Shown one piece after another: positions 12,935 to 22,744 of a stretch of 64,000 nt of DNA. This DNA comes from an uncultured delta proteobacterium. Its GTDB lineage: Bacteria > Myxococcota_A > Polyangia > Polyangiales > JAFGIB01. A program made the translations under genes and the position numbers. The notes below the pieces were generated by a model. It was not told the origin of the DNA. It did no database searches and saw only the letters and a list, made by a program, of their open reading frames with translations. Every line of letters starts with the position of its first letter. Position 1 is the stretch's first letter. The stretch covers positions 608,001 to 672,000 of the forward strand of contig CAVZVA010000002.1 in assembly GCA_963778655.1 (NCBI GenBank). The letters are read 5' to 3'.

Positions 12935-14321
12935 CGCCGGCGTGATGCGCACCCTCGAGCGCCCGAATCAGCTCGGGGCCCGTGCGGGTGATGCTCCCAG
13001 CGCCCAGCGTAATGACGATGTCGCCCGGATGTGATCTTTTGAGCAAGCACCCGGCCAGCTCGACCCGCTCCTTGACGTAGGTCACATCGCGGTGGCCGTG
13101 GGCGCGGATCGCCTCGACCAGGCTGGCCGAGTCGGCGCCGGCGATGGGCGCCTCGCCCGCGGGGTAGACGTCGGTCACCAGCAGCACGTCGGCCAGGTTG
13201 AAGGCGCGGGTCAGCTCGTCGAACAGGTGGTGGGTGCGGCTGTAGCGGTGCGGCTGGAAGGCGACCACCAGCCGCCGGCCGTAGGCGCGGCGCGCGGCCT
13301 CCAGCGTCAGCTCGATCTCGGTCGGGTGGTGGCCGTAGTCGTCCACCACGGTGATGCCGCGATGCTCGCCCAGCACGGTGAAGCGGCGCTGCACGCCGGC
13401 GTACGTGGCCAGCGCCTCGCGCAGCACGCCGTGCCCGATGCCGAGCTCGTCGCTGACGGCGATCGTGGCCAGCGCGTTGAGCACGTTGTGCATGCCGGGC
13501 ATGCGCACCTCGAAGCGTCCGAGCGGCTGGCCGCGTCGCGTGAGCTCGAAGCGGGTCGAAAGCCCTTCGACCACCAGGTCGCGCGCGGCGTAGTCGGCCT
13601 GCGCGGCCAGGCCGTAGGTCGCCACGCGCTTTTCGATGCGCGGCAGGATGTCCTGCACGTGCGGGTGGTCGAGGCAGGCCACGACCAGGCCGTAGAACGG
13701 CACGCGGTTGGCGAACTGCACGAAGGCGTCCTTGACCGCTTCGTGGTCGCGGTAGTGGTCGAGGTGCTCGGCGTCGATGTTGGTGATCACGCTGATCACG
13801 GGCGTCAGGTGCAAGAACGAGCCGTCCGACTCGTCGGCCTCCGCCACCAGCAGCCGGCCTTTGCCGAGCGCGGCGCCGGAGCCGAGCATGTTGAGCTTGC
13901 CGCCGATGATGACGGTGGGGTCGAGCTGGGCGGCGCGCAGCACGGTCGCCACCAGCGAGGTGGTGGTGGTCTTGCCGTGCGAGCCGGCGATGGCGATGCC
14001 GTCCTGCAGCCGCATCAGCTCGGCGAGCATCTCGGCGCGGGGGATTACTGGGATGCCGCGCAGGCGGGCTTCGCGCAGCTCGGGGTTGTCGCGGCTCACC
14101 GCCGATGAGAACACCACCACATCGGCGCCGTGCACGTTGCTCGCGGCGTGGCCGAGCCGGATCTCGGCCCCGAGCTCGGTCAGGCGCCGCGTGGTTTCGC
14201 CCTGCACCAGGTCCGAGCCGCTGACCTGAAAGCCGTGCGCGAGCAGCACTTCGGCGATACCGCTCATGCCCACACCGGCGATGCCCACGAAGTGAATCGA
14301 GCGAATGCGACCGCGAAACAT
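12921..14321 (-). CDS. murC: UDP-N-acetylmuramate--L-alanine ligase
   Basis: [45 protein letters not shown]. Confidence 0.98.
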   Translation of the reverse strand: MFRGRIRSIHFVGIAGVGMSGIAEVLLAHGFQVSGSDLVQGETTRRLTELGAEIRLGHAASNVHGADVVVFSSAVSRDNPELREARLRGIPVIPRAEMLAELMRLQDGIAIAGSHGKTTTTSLVATVLRAAQLDPTVIIGGKLNMLGSGAALGKGRLLVAEADESDGSFLHLTPVISVITNIDAEHLDHYRDHEAVKDAFVQFANRVPFYGLVVACLDHPHVQDILPRIEKRVATYGLAAQADYAARDLVVEGLSTRFELTRRGQPLGRFEVRMPGMHNVLNALATIAVSDELGIGHGVLREALATYAGVQRRFTVLGEHRGITVVDDYGHHPTEIELTLEAARRAYGRRLVVAFQPHRYSRTHHLFDELTRAFNLADVLLVTDVYPAGEAPIAGADSASLVEAIRAHGHRDVTYVKERVELAGCLLKRSHPGDIVITLGAGSITRTGPELIRALEGAHHAGDGQP

Positions 14322-14476
14322 GCCCGGAGCCCCGCGCGCCTCGGAACTGCGGGGCGCACGCCGAGATAGGAGCAGAGACCAGCGGGCAGCGCAACTTGGC
14401 GGGCCTCGGGCGGCGAGCGCGGGTCGTGGTTGACTTGTCGCCGAGGCAGATCGAGGGCAGGCTACCGGCGCGGTTC

Positions 14477-15769
14477 ATGCTGCGCTTCACCCGTCATATC
14501 CCCTTCGCGCTCGCAGGGTTGCTCGCGTGCGCGGGCGGACGCGCCGTGCCGCGGGCACGGGCCGAGCCCGGCGCCGCCAAACCGGCCGCACCGGCTCCGA
14601 GCAAGGCCGCGCCGCCGCGCGCGCAGGCCGCGCCGTCACAACAGGCTCCGATGGCGAGCCCCCCTCGGCTGCCCCCGCACGTCACGGCCGCGCCGGCGCC
14701 GCAGGGCCCGGCCGCGCGCCCTCCCGAGCCGCCCATGTACCGCACGCAGCGCGAGCTGATGGGCACGATCTGGATGATCGGCGTCTCGGGCGGCGACGAG
14801 CAGGCCGCACGCGCAGCCTCGGAGAAGGCTCTCGACGAGGTCGAGCGGCTCGACGACATCCTCAGCGAGTGGAAGCCCGACAGCGAGGTGGCGCGGGTCA
14901 ACGCGGCCGCAGGTGTGGCGCCGGTGAAGGTGGGGCCCGAGATGATGGCGTGCGTGGAGGCGAGCCTACAGACCGCGCGCTGGAGCGACGGCGCTTATGA
15001 CATCTCCTGGGCCGCGCTGCGCGACCTGTGGGACTTCGGCCCGGATTCGAAGCACGTGCCGCCTACGCCGGAGCAGGTGCGCGCGCGCCTGCCGCTGTGG
15101 AACTGGCACAACATCCGAGTCGACAAGAAGAAGAGCACGATCTTCCTGCTCAAGAAGGGCATGCAGATCGGCCTCGGCGGCATCGCCAAGGGCTACGCGC
15201 TCGACCGCGCCTCCGACATCCTGCGCGCGGCCGGCTTCAACGACTTCCTGATCTTCGGCGGCGGCCAGGTGCTGGTGCACGGCCACCGCGGCAACCGCCC
15301 CTGGCGCGTGGGCATACAGAATCCGCGCGACTCGTCGTACTTCGGCTTCGTCGACGTAACCGACGCCTCGGTCTCGACCAGCGGCGACTACGAGCACAGC
15401 TACTTCTACCAGGGCAAGCGCTACCACCACATCATCGACCCGCACACCGGCTTCCCGGCCGACAAGGCCGCCTCGGTCACGGTGATCGCCTCGACTGGAT
15501 TGTGGGCGGACGCAGTGGACACCGCGGTCTTCATCCTCGGCCCAAAGCGCGGCCTGCGCGCGCTCGCCAACGCGCCCGGCGGCCCGATCGACGGCATCTT
15601 GGTGGACCCGGAGCTACGCGTCTATGCCACCCCGGGCGGCGCGCGCCGTCTGGTGATGGCCACGCACCTCGACGCCGAAGCTCACATCGGCGCCCCGCTG
15701 AAACCCGGCGACCCGATCCCGAAGCTGGTCCCGGTGGCGGCGCCTCCCGCGAAGCCCGGCAAGCCCTGA
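14477..15769 (+). CDS. apbE: FAD:protein FMN transferase (ApbE family) lipoprotein
   Basis: Lipobox LLAC, Pro-rich linker, MGT, LGGIAKGYA, STSGDYE, YHHIIDP. Confidence 0.93.
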   Translation: MLRFTRHIPFALAGLLACAGGRAVPRARAEPGAAKPAAPAPSKAAPPRAQAAPSQQAPMASPPRLPPHVTAAPAPQGPAARPPEPPMYRTQRELMGTIWMIGVSGGDEQAARAASEKALDEVERLDDILSEWKPDSEVARVNAAAGVAPVKVGPEMMACVEASLQTARWSDGAYDISWAALRDLWDFGPDSKHVPPTPEQVRARLPLWNWHNIRVDKKKSTIFLLKKGMQIGLGGIAKGYALDRASDILRAAGFNDFLIFGGGQVLVHGHRGNRPWRVGIQNPRDSSYFGFVDVTDASVSTSGDYEHSYFYQGKRYHHIIDPHTGFPADKAASVTVIASTGLWADAVDTAVFILGPKRGLRALANAPGGPIDGILVDPELRVYATPGGARRLVMATHLDAEAHIGAPLKPGDPIPKLVPVAAPPAKPGKP

Positions 15770-15840
15770 GTCGAGCGTGAGGCCAGGCTCATAGCATCGA
15801 GCGCGCCTTTTCTCTGCCTGCGCGCCGGTCGCGCGTTACC

Positions 15841-16335
15841 TCACTCGCACGAGCAGCAGTAGAAGATGATGCCGCCCGGGGTCGGCAGCATGTCGTGACA
15901 CCCTGTCGGCGGCTCCGCCGGGCTGGTCGTGCTCGCTCCAATCGTCCCGCACACGATCGCGTACTCGTCGGGCTTACAGCGGTCGTGGCAATCCGAGCCG
16001 CCGCTGCCCTCGGAGCAGCGCGTCGGGTCGTCGCCGAGGCAGATGTGCGTCCCGCCGCCGTCCAAGCCGCACGAAAGCAGCCTGCGCGCCGCCCGGCATG
16101 CGCCGCTGGTCGCGTCGACCGAATCGAGACTCGCCGGCCAGCTGCACACCGGGAGCCCGGCGCCACCGTCCGCCGGGCTGCTCGCTCCGCCGCCGTCCTG
16201 CCCCGTGCTCGAGGGCGACGTGCCGGCAGAGCAGGCGCCAATGCACAGCGCGCTCGCAACCATCGCGATCACCGATCCGAATTGCGCCTCGTGAGCCCGT
16301 GCGCGCCAGCCCGTCGAGCACCCCGCGTGCATCAT
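15841..16335 (-). CDS. Small Cys-rich putative lipoprotein
   Basis: Hydrophobic stretch ending IGAC, DGG linker, about 10 Cys, ends YCCSCE; start uncertain. Confidence 0.6.
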   Translation of the reverse strand: MMHAGCSTGWRARAHEAQFGSVIAMVASALCIGACSAGTSPSSTGQDGGGASSPADGGAGLPVCSWPASLDSVDATSGACRAARRLLSCGLDGGGTHICLGDDPTRCSEGSGGSDCHDRCKPDEYAIVCGTIGASTTSPAEPPTGCHDMLPTPGGIIFYCCSCE

Positions 16336-16492
16336 TGGATCACCCTACCCCAACCACCTCAGCATGTCAGCCGGACGCGGGCCCACCCGGGGCCTGACCG
16401 CGCACACTCTTCCACGCGCCGCGCGCCTCCCGGTGCCACTAGCCACTGGGTGCACGCGCTCTTGGGGAACGCGTTCGCTAATCCTCGCTCGT

Positions 16493-17334
16493 GGCTCAAC
16501 GGGGCCGTCGCGCGAAGGCGACGGATGCGCCCATCACCAACCTCGCCCTCAAGATGATCCGTACGAGCTTCAATGGGGCCGTCGCGCGAACGCGACGGAT
16601 GCGTCGCGGATGTCGCCCACTCCCTTCTGGAAGTCCTCTTCGCTTCAATGGGGCCGTCGCGCGAACGCGACGGATGCCAGCGCCCAAGGCGCTGCCTAGC
16701 GATTGCATCCTCACTGCTTCAATGGGGCCGTCGCGCGAACGCGACGGATGCACTGATGCTACCGATATCCGCCGCCGGGACTGAACTCGGCTTCAATGGG
16801 GCCGTCGCGCGAACGCGACGGATGCGGTCTCAGCGCTGGTCGGCGAGCAGTACGTAGTGGTGGCTTCAATGGGGCCGTCGCGCGAACGCGACGGATGCAG
16901 CCGCGCAGGGGCGGCCGGGCGGCGTGCCAATCTCGCTTCAATGGGGCCGTCGCGCGAACGCGACGGATGCTGCAGCAGACGGCGACATCCCGAACGCGCC
17001 GGGATTGCTTCAATGGGGCCGTCGCGCGAACGCGACGGATGCGGTGGAGCGGATGCGCCGGCAGAGGCGGCGGGGAGGCTTCAATGGGGCCGTCGCGCGA
17101 ACGCGACGGATGCCTGGGCATGGCCAAATCGAGCCGTAGCGGCGAGGTCGCAGCTTCAATGGGGCCGTCGCGCGAACGCGACGGATGCGCCGCCACAATG
17201 GCACTGCCGGCCGGGTCCGATTCCGCTTCAATGGGGCCGTCGCGCGAACGCGACGGATGCTCACCGCGCAGGACGCAGAACCACCGCTTGAGGATCCGGC
17301 TTCAATGGGGCCGTCGCGCGAACGCGACGGATGC
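16493..17334 (-). CRISPR. CRISPR array, 12 x 36-bp repeats, 11 spacers of 35-39 bp, type I-G (I-U)-like repeat, no cas genes in window
   Basis: Repeat on minus strand GCATCCGTCGCGTTCGCGCGACGGCCCCATTGAAGC with stem CCGTCGCG-TTCG-CGCGACGG. Repeat starts on + strand: 16493 (degenerate), 16567, 16642, 16716, 16790, 16863, 16935, 17007, 17078, 17153, 17225, 17299. Degenerate terminal repeat and ATTGAAGC 3' end give minus orientation. Confidence 0.98.
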
Positions 17335-17507
17335 CCGCCATTCGACGAGCCAGCCGCCCGCAACGTGGTGAGGTCGCGATAGGCCGTGGCACGGCTCGCC
17401 CCGGTGCCCTCGCGGATCTGGGAGACGGTGAGCCCGCGACGGTGCGGGGCAAGGGCCTCGATCAATTGCCACTGGCGAATGAGTCTCTGCTGGGCGCGCA
17501 AGCCCAT
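17335..17507 (-). pseudogene. N-terminal HTH fragment of a WYL/PafB-like (HTH_11) regulator running into the CRISPR array
   Basis: RLIRQWQLIEAL...GLTVSQIREGTGASRATAYRDLTTLRAAG; SD-like GGGGGT upstream; no WYL domain follows. Confidence 0.75.
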
Positions 17508-17660
17508 CGGACACCCCCGTGCTGCCCCGAGCCGAGGAGGCTATCAGAACAGCTGCGAATCCGGTGTCGGCAAAGTGCGGGCAACAGAAGTTGCGGACCG
17601 GCGTGGCCCAAGCGGGTCATGCTGCGCTGTGCACCCGCGCAGGCGCAGGTCGGCACCTGC

Positions 17661-18932
17661 CTACTGCGCCTGCACCCGCGCGGGCGGTGGCGTCAGCGGG
17701 CGCAGGTGCAGCTCGACGCGCTTGACCTTGGGCTTGCGGCGTGCCGGCGGCATCGTGGTGGGCGCGGCGGCGCCTGCGCCCGCATCGTCGCCCTGGCCTG
17801 CGGGCTCGGCATCGTCGTCGTGTGTGCCCTGAGCGGGCATGCCGAGCCAGGCGAGCAGGTCGTCGACGATCGCGGCGGCGGCGTCGGGGCGGCCGCGACG
17901 GCGCGCGGCGCCGGCCATGGCGCTGCGGCGCTCCGTATCGCCGAGCAGCGCACGCACCTCGGTGGCCAGCGCCCCGGCGCTCAGCCCGGGCTCTTGCAGC
18001 ACCACCGCGGCAGCTTCGCGCTCGAGCGCGCGCGCGTTGTCGAGCTGGCGCGGCCCCGTCGCAGGCAGCGGAATCAGGATCGAAGCCCGGCCGATCGCGC
18101 ACAGCTCGGCCAGCGTGCCGGCGCCGGCGCGCGCGATCACCAGCGAGGCGCCGAGATAGGCGCGCGCCGCGTCGTCGATGAACGGCAGCACCTCGGCCTG
18201 CACGCCGAGCTCGCGATAGCGCCGCGCCACCTCAGCCGCCATCGCGCTGCCGGTCTGATGGACCACGCTGACGCCGAGCTCGCTCACGCCGGCCTGCGCC
18301 AGCGCGTCGGGCACCAGCTGGTTGAGCCGCTGGGCACCCTGCGAGCCGCCCATCACCAGCACCCGGCGCGCGCGCGCCGCGGCACCGGCCGGATCGTGGC
18401 CGGCCATGCGTGCGGCCTCGACGAACGCGCGCCGCACCGGATTGCCGAGCACGCGTGCGCGCTCGGCGCCGAACCACGGCAGCGCCTCGTCGAACGCGAG
18501 ATACGCGCGGCCCACGGTGCGCGCCAGCAAGCGGTTGGTGAGCCCCACGTGCACGTCGGGTTGCAGCAGCGCAGTCCGCACCTGCAGCGTGGCTGCCGCG
18601 AGCAGCACCGGACCGGCCGCGTAGCCGCCCAGACCGAGCGCGAGATCGGGGCGGAACGCGCGCACCACCGACAGCGCCTGCAGCCCCGAGCGCGGCAAGC
18701 TGAGCAGGCTGCGCGCGAGCCGGCCGCCGCTGCGTCCGACCAGCGGCTCGACCTCGAGCGTGCGCAGCTTCTCCCCCATCTGCGGCAGCACGCGCGCCTC
18801 GATGCCGCGCGCGGTGCCGACGAACAGCACCTGCAGCTCCGGCAACCTGCGCCGCAGCTCCTCGACCACGGCGATGCCAGGGAACAAGTGCCCCCCGGTG
18901 CCACCGCCGGCGACCAACAGCTTGGCGATCAT
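17661..18932 (-). CDS. murG: Lipid II GlcNAc transferase MurG
   Basis: AGGGTGGHLFPG, GLGGYAAGP, GNPVR, GGSQGA, RAGAGT; acidic/Pro-rich C-terminal extension. Confidence 0.97.
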   Translation of the reverse strand: MIAKLLVAGGGTGGHLFPGIAVVEELRRRLPELQVLFVGTARGIEARVLPQMGEKLRTLEVEPLVGRSGGRLARSLLSLPRSGLQALSVVRAFRPDLALGLGGYAAGPVLLAAATLQVRTALLQPDVHVGLTNRLLARTVGRAYLAFDEALPWFGAERARVLGNPVRRAFVEAARMAGHDPAGAAARARRVLVMGGSQGAQRLNQLVPDALAQAGVSELGVSVVHQTGSAMAAEVARRYRELGVQAEVLPFIDDAARAYLGASLVIARAGAGTLAELCAIGRASILIPLPATGPRQLDNARALEREAAAVVLQEPGLSAGALATEVRALLGDTERRSAMAGAARRRGRPDAAAAIVDDLLAWLGMPAQGTHDDDAEPAGQGDDAGAGAAAPTTMPPARRKPKVKRVELHLRPLTPPPARVQAQ

Positions 18933-20257
18933 GCGATGCCTCCTGTTCGCGAGAGCGCGTGCCCTCCCCGCTGACCCGAGTCGACGCGCACGTTCTGCTT
19001 GCCCGGCGCGCCCGGCGACTGCGTCGGCGCGGGCCCGCCGTCGCGCGGGCGCGACACGTTGAGCAGCACGCCGACCGCCGCGCAGTTCACCAGCAGCGCC
19101 GAGCCGCCGAAGCTGATGAAGGGCAGCACTAGACCCTTGGTGGGCAGCAGCCCCACCGCGACCGCGAGATTGGTGAACGCCTGCAGCCCGATGAACAGCG
19201 TGATGCCGACCGCGAGATAGGTGCCGTAGTCGTCGGCGGCGCGGTAAGCCGCGCGCAGGCCGCGGTAGAGCACCAGCAGGAAAGCCGCGATCATGATCGC
19301 GAGCCCCACGAAGCCGAGCTCCTCGCCCACGATCGCACTGATGAAGTCGGTGTGCGCCTCGGGCAGGAAGAACAGCTTCTGGCGGCTGTCGCCCAGGCCC
19401 ACGCCGGTGACGCCACCGGCGCCGAAGCTCATCAACGACTCCGCGATCTGATAGCCGACCCCGTAGCGGTACTGAAACGGCGACAGGAAGGCGGTGATAC
19501 GCCGCATGCGGTACTCGGAGCCGGTCACCAGCTGGTAGGCGATCGGCAGCACCGCCAGCCCGGCGCCGAGCAGATAGCCCAGCCGTGCGCCGGCCGTGAA
19601 CAGCAGCACGAAGGTCATCAGGGCGACCATCACCGCACTGCCGAAGTCGGGCTGCTTCAGGCATAGCAGCGCCAGCAGTCCGGCCACCACCGCGTGCGGC
19701 AGGAAACCGACCGAGAAGCTGCGAATGCGCTCCGACTTCTTGGACAGCGAGTACGCCAGCCAGAAGATCATCGCCACCTTGACGATCTCCGCCGGCTGCA
19801 CGTGGATCGGGCCGACCTCGAGCCAGCGCGAAGCGCCGCCCGCGCTCTTGCCCAGGCCGAAGGCGGTGGCACACAGCAACAGCACGGAGCTTCCGAGTAG
19901 CGGATAGGTGAGCGCGCGCAGCCGGTGGTAGTCGAAGCGCGCCAGCACGAGCATGGCGAACAAGCCGAGCACCGCGTAGGCCGCCTGGCGCACCAGGAAG
20001 TGCTGGCCGTTGTCGTGACGGCTGTAGGCGAGCACCGCGCTGGCGCTGTAAACCATCACCACGCCGAAGCTGACCAGCGCCACCACGGTGCCGGTGAGCA
20101 CGGCGTCGGCCGGCCCGACCACCTTGGGCCAGCTGGCCTTGCCGAAGCGCCAAACGCGCGCGGCCGGCTTGCGCGCGGGCTCCTGCGACGCAAGGCGCAG
20201 GTTGCCCGCCTGCTTCGCGGGCTCGTCGCGATGCAACAGCCGCCACACCGCGCTCAT
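18929..20257 (-). CDS. ftsW: Peptidoglycan polymerase FtsW
   Basis: MVYSAS, QPAEIVK, QPDFG, LPEAHTDF, LPTKGLVLPFISFGGS. Confidence 0.97.
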   Translation of the reverse strand: MSAVWRLLHRDEPAKQAGNLRLASQEPARKPAARVWRFGKASWPKVVGPADAVLTGTVVALVSFGVVMVYSASAVLAYSRHDNGQHFLVRQAAYAVLGLFAMLVLARFDYHRLRALTYPLLGSSVLLLCATAFGLGKSAGGASRWLEVGPIHVQPAEIVKVAMIFWLAYSLSKKSERIRSFSVGFLPHAVVAGLLALLCLKQPDFGSAVMVALMTFVLLFTAGARLGYLLGAGLAVLPIAYQLVTGSEYRMRRITAFLSPFQYRYGVGYQIAESLMSFGAGGVTGVGLGDSRQKLFFLPEAHTDFISAIVGEELGFVGLAIMIAAFLLVLYRGLRAAYRAADDYGTYLAVGITLFIGLQAFTNLAVAVGLLPTKGLVLPFISFGGSALLVNCAAVGVLLNVSRPRDGGPAPTQSPGAPGKQNVRVDSGQRGGHALSRTGGIA

Positions 20258-21609
20258 GCCTCGCCTCCGGGCAGCGCGCGCACCGCGGCCTGGAACAGGT
20301 CTCCGCGCTGCGCGTACGACTCGAACATGTCGAAGCTCGAGCACGCGGGCGCGAGCAGCACGGTATCGCCGGTGCGCGCCAGCGCGCGCGCGACCGCCAC
20401 CGCGGCCTCCAGGCTCGAGGCGCGCTCCACCGGGTAGCCGCCGTCGCGCAGCGCGGCCTCGATCAGCGGCCCGGCCTCGCCGATCAACACCGCCGCACGC
20501 CCGCGCGCGCGCAGGCGCTCGGCCAGCGGCGTGTACGCGCCGCCCTTGTCCCGACCGCCCGCGATCAACACCACGCGGCCGGCGCGCCCCGCCAGACCGT
20601 CCAGGGCCGCGGCCGCAGCGCCCACATTGGTGGCCTTGGAGTCGTCGTAGTAGTCGACGCCCCCGAGCGTGCGCACGTGCTGCATGCGGTGCGGCAGCCC
20701 GCGGAAGTCGAGCAGCGCCGCCTGCACGTGCTGCGCTTCGACGCCCGCCAGCCGCGCGATCAGCGCCGCCGCGCACGCGTTGTCGTGGTTGTGCCGGCCC
20801 GAGATGCCGAGCCGCGCCAGCGGCACCGACAACCCGCTCTCGGTGTCCACCAGCGCCGCGCCGCTCACCCGCACCGCGCCGTCGGCCCCGCCGTAGCGCA
20901 GCAACCGCCCCTGGCCCTTGCGCGCGAGCGCCTCGCACAGCGCGTCGCCGCTCGGCACCACCGCCGCGTCCTGCGCCGTCTGGTTACGGAAGATCGCGCC
21001 TTTGGCGTCGGCGTAGGCCTGAAACGACGGGTAGCGGTCGAGGTGATCCTCGGTGACGTTGAGCAGCGCCGCAATCCGCACGCGCAGCCGCTCGATGCGC
21101 TCGAGCTGGAAGCTCGAGAGCTCGACCACCACGTAGCCGCCCTGCTCCGCGGCCGGACCGCCCACCACGTCGGTCAGCGGTGTGCCCAGGTTGCCGCCGA
21201 CGAAGGTCGGGCGTCCGGAGCGCCGGCACATCTCGCCGACCAGCGTGGTGACCGTGCTCTTGCCGTTGGTCCCGGTGACGCCGATCAGCGTGCCCTGCAC
21301 GAACCAGGACGCGAGCTCGATCTCGCTGGCGATCGGCACGCCCGCGCGCGCCGCGGCCTGCAGCGCGGGCAGATCGGGCACGCCGGGCGAGACCACGATC
21401 TGGTCGACCGCGCAGAACAGCGCCTCGTCGTGCGAGCCGAGCGCCAGCTCCGCGCCCTGCTCGCCCAGCGCGGCGGCGGCCGCGCCCAGCTCGGCTAGCG
21501 AGCGGCGGTCGCTCACCACCACGCGCGCGCCGCGCTGCAGCAGCAGGCGCGCGGCCGCGATGCCGCTCTTGCCGAGCCCGACCACCAACACCCTTTTTCC
21601 CTCGAGCAT
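20254..21609 (-). CDS. murD: UDP-MurNAc-L-Ala--D-Glu ligase
   Basis: GLGKSG, TGTNGKST, ELSSFQL, DHLDRY, DDSKATN, PACSSFD. Confidence 0.98.
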   Translation of the reverse strand: MLEGKRVLVVGLGKSGIAAARLLLQRGARVVVSDRRSLAELGAAAAALGEQGAELALGSHDEALFCAVDQIVVSPGVPDLPALQAAARAGVPIASEIELASWFVQGTLIGVTGTNGKSTVTTLVGEMCRRSGRPTFVGGNLGTPLTDVVGGPAAEQGGYVVVELSSFQLERIERLRVRIAALLNVTEDHLDRYPSFQAYADAKGAIFRNQTAQDAAVVPSGDALCEALARKGQGRLLRYGGADGAVRVSGAALVDTESGLSVPLARLGISGRHNHDNACAAALIARLAGVEAQHVQAALLDFRGLPHRMQHVRTLGGVDYYDDSKATNVGAAAAALDGLAGRAGRVVLIAGGRDKGGAYTPLAERLRARGRAAVLIGEAGPLIEAALRDGGYPVERASSLEAAVAVARALARTGDTVLLAPACSSFDMFESYAQRGDLFQAAVRALPGGEA

Positions 21610-21616
21610 GGCAGCC

Positions 21617-22744
21617 TCACCTCAGCTTGAGCGTCGACAGGCTCGCGATCGCGAGCATCATCGAGATGATCCAGAAGCGCACGATCACCTTCGGCTCCGC
21701 CCAGCCCTTCTTCTCGAAGTGGTGGTGGATCGGCGCCATCAGGAAGATGCGCTTGCCGAACAGCTGGAAGGCGGCGATCTGGCCGAGCACGCTGACCGCC
21801 TCGATCACGAAGATGCCGCCGAGCAAGACCGAGAGCACCTCGTTCTTGGTCAGCACGGCGATCCCGCCCAGCCCGCCGCCGAGCGCCAGCGCGCCCACGT
21901 CGCCCATGAACACCTGGGCGGGGTAGGTGTTGTACCAGAGGAAGCCGACCCCGGCGCCGATCATGGCGCCGCAGTAAATCGCCAGCTCGCTGGCGCTGCG
22001 AATCGAGGGGATGTCGAGGTAACGCGCGACGTCGAAGCCGAACAGGGTCAGACCGGCCGTGTATGACAGGATCATGTAGGTGCCGGCGTTGATCATCACC
22101 GGGCCGATCGCGAGCCCGTCCAGACCGTCGGTGAGGTTGACCGCGTTCGAGGTGCCGACCAGCACGCAGGTCGCGAACGCGACGTACAGCCAGGCCGGCA
22201 CCGACATCGGGTGCTTGGCGAACGCAACGAACGGCAGCGAGACGCGGTCGCGCAGCGCAAGCCAGTCCGCGGGCAGCCCGATCTCGCCGTAGTACAGGTA
22301 CAGACACACGCCGATGGCGATCGGAAACTGCAACAGCAGCTTGGTGCGCATCGACAGCCCGCCGCTGTGCTTGCGCGCGATCTTGAGCGCGTCGTCGGCA
22401 TAACCGATCGCCCCGTACAGCGCCGTGATCGCGGTCACCACCCAGACCATGGTGTTGTGCGGGTCGGCCCACAGCGCGGTGGCGCCGATCAGGGCGAGCA
22501 GGATCAGCGAGCCGCCCATGGTCGGCGTGCCCGCCTTGCTCAGGTGGCTCGCCGGGCCGTCGTCGCGCACGACCTGCCCGATCTGGCGCGACTGCAGCGT
22601 GCGGATGAACCACGGATACAGCCCGAACGTGAGCAGCATCGCGGTCATGGTCGCGGCCAGCACGCGAAACGGCACGTAGCGCAACACGTTCAGAAACGAG
22701 AGACCCTCGTGAACGTGCATGGGATAGAGCAGGTAGTAGATCAC
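21617..22744 (-). CDS. mraY: Phospho-MurNAc-pentapeptide transferase
   Basis: KAGTPTMGG, NAVNLTDGLDGL, FMGDVG, APIHHHFE. Confidence 0.98.
   Translation of the reverse strand: MIYYLLYPMHVHEGLSFLNVLRYVPFRVLAATMTAMLLTFGLYPWFIRTLQSRQIGQVVRDDGPASHLSKAGTPTMGGSLILLALIGATALWADPHNTMVWVVTAITALYGAIGYADDALKIARKHSGGLSMRTKLLLQFPIAIGVCLYLYYGEIGLPADWLALRDRVSLPFVAFAKHPMSVPAWLYVAFATCVLVGTSNAVNLTDGLDGLAIGPVMINAGTYMILSYTAGLTLFGFDVARYLDIPSIRSASELAIYCGAMIGAGVGFLWYNTYPAQVFMGDVGALALGGGLGGIAVLTKNEVLSVLLGGIFVIEAVSVLGQIAAFQLFGKRIFLMAPIHHHFEKKGWAEPKVIVRFWIISMMLAIASLSTLKLR

Noticed and set aside
16491..17382. Several ORFs with periodic peptides (MGPSRERDG, LQWGRRANATDA)
   Set aside because: Translations of the CRISPR repeat
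14322..17660. Integrative element or transposon
   Set aside because: No integrase, transposase, att site or target duplication recognised
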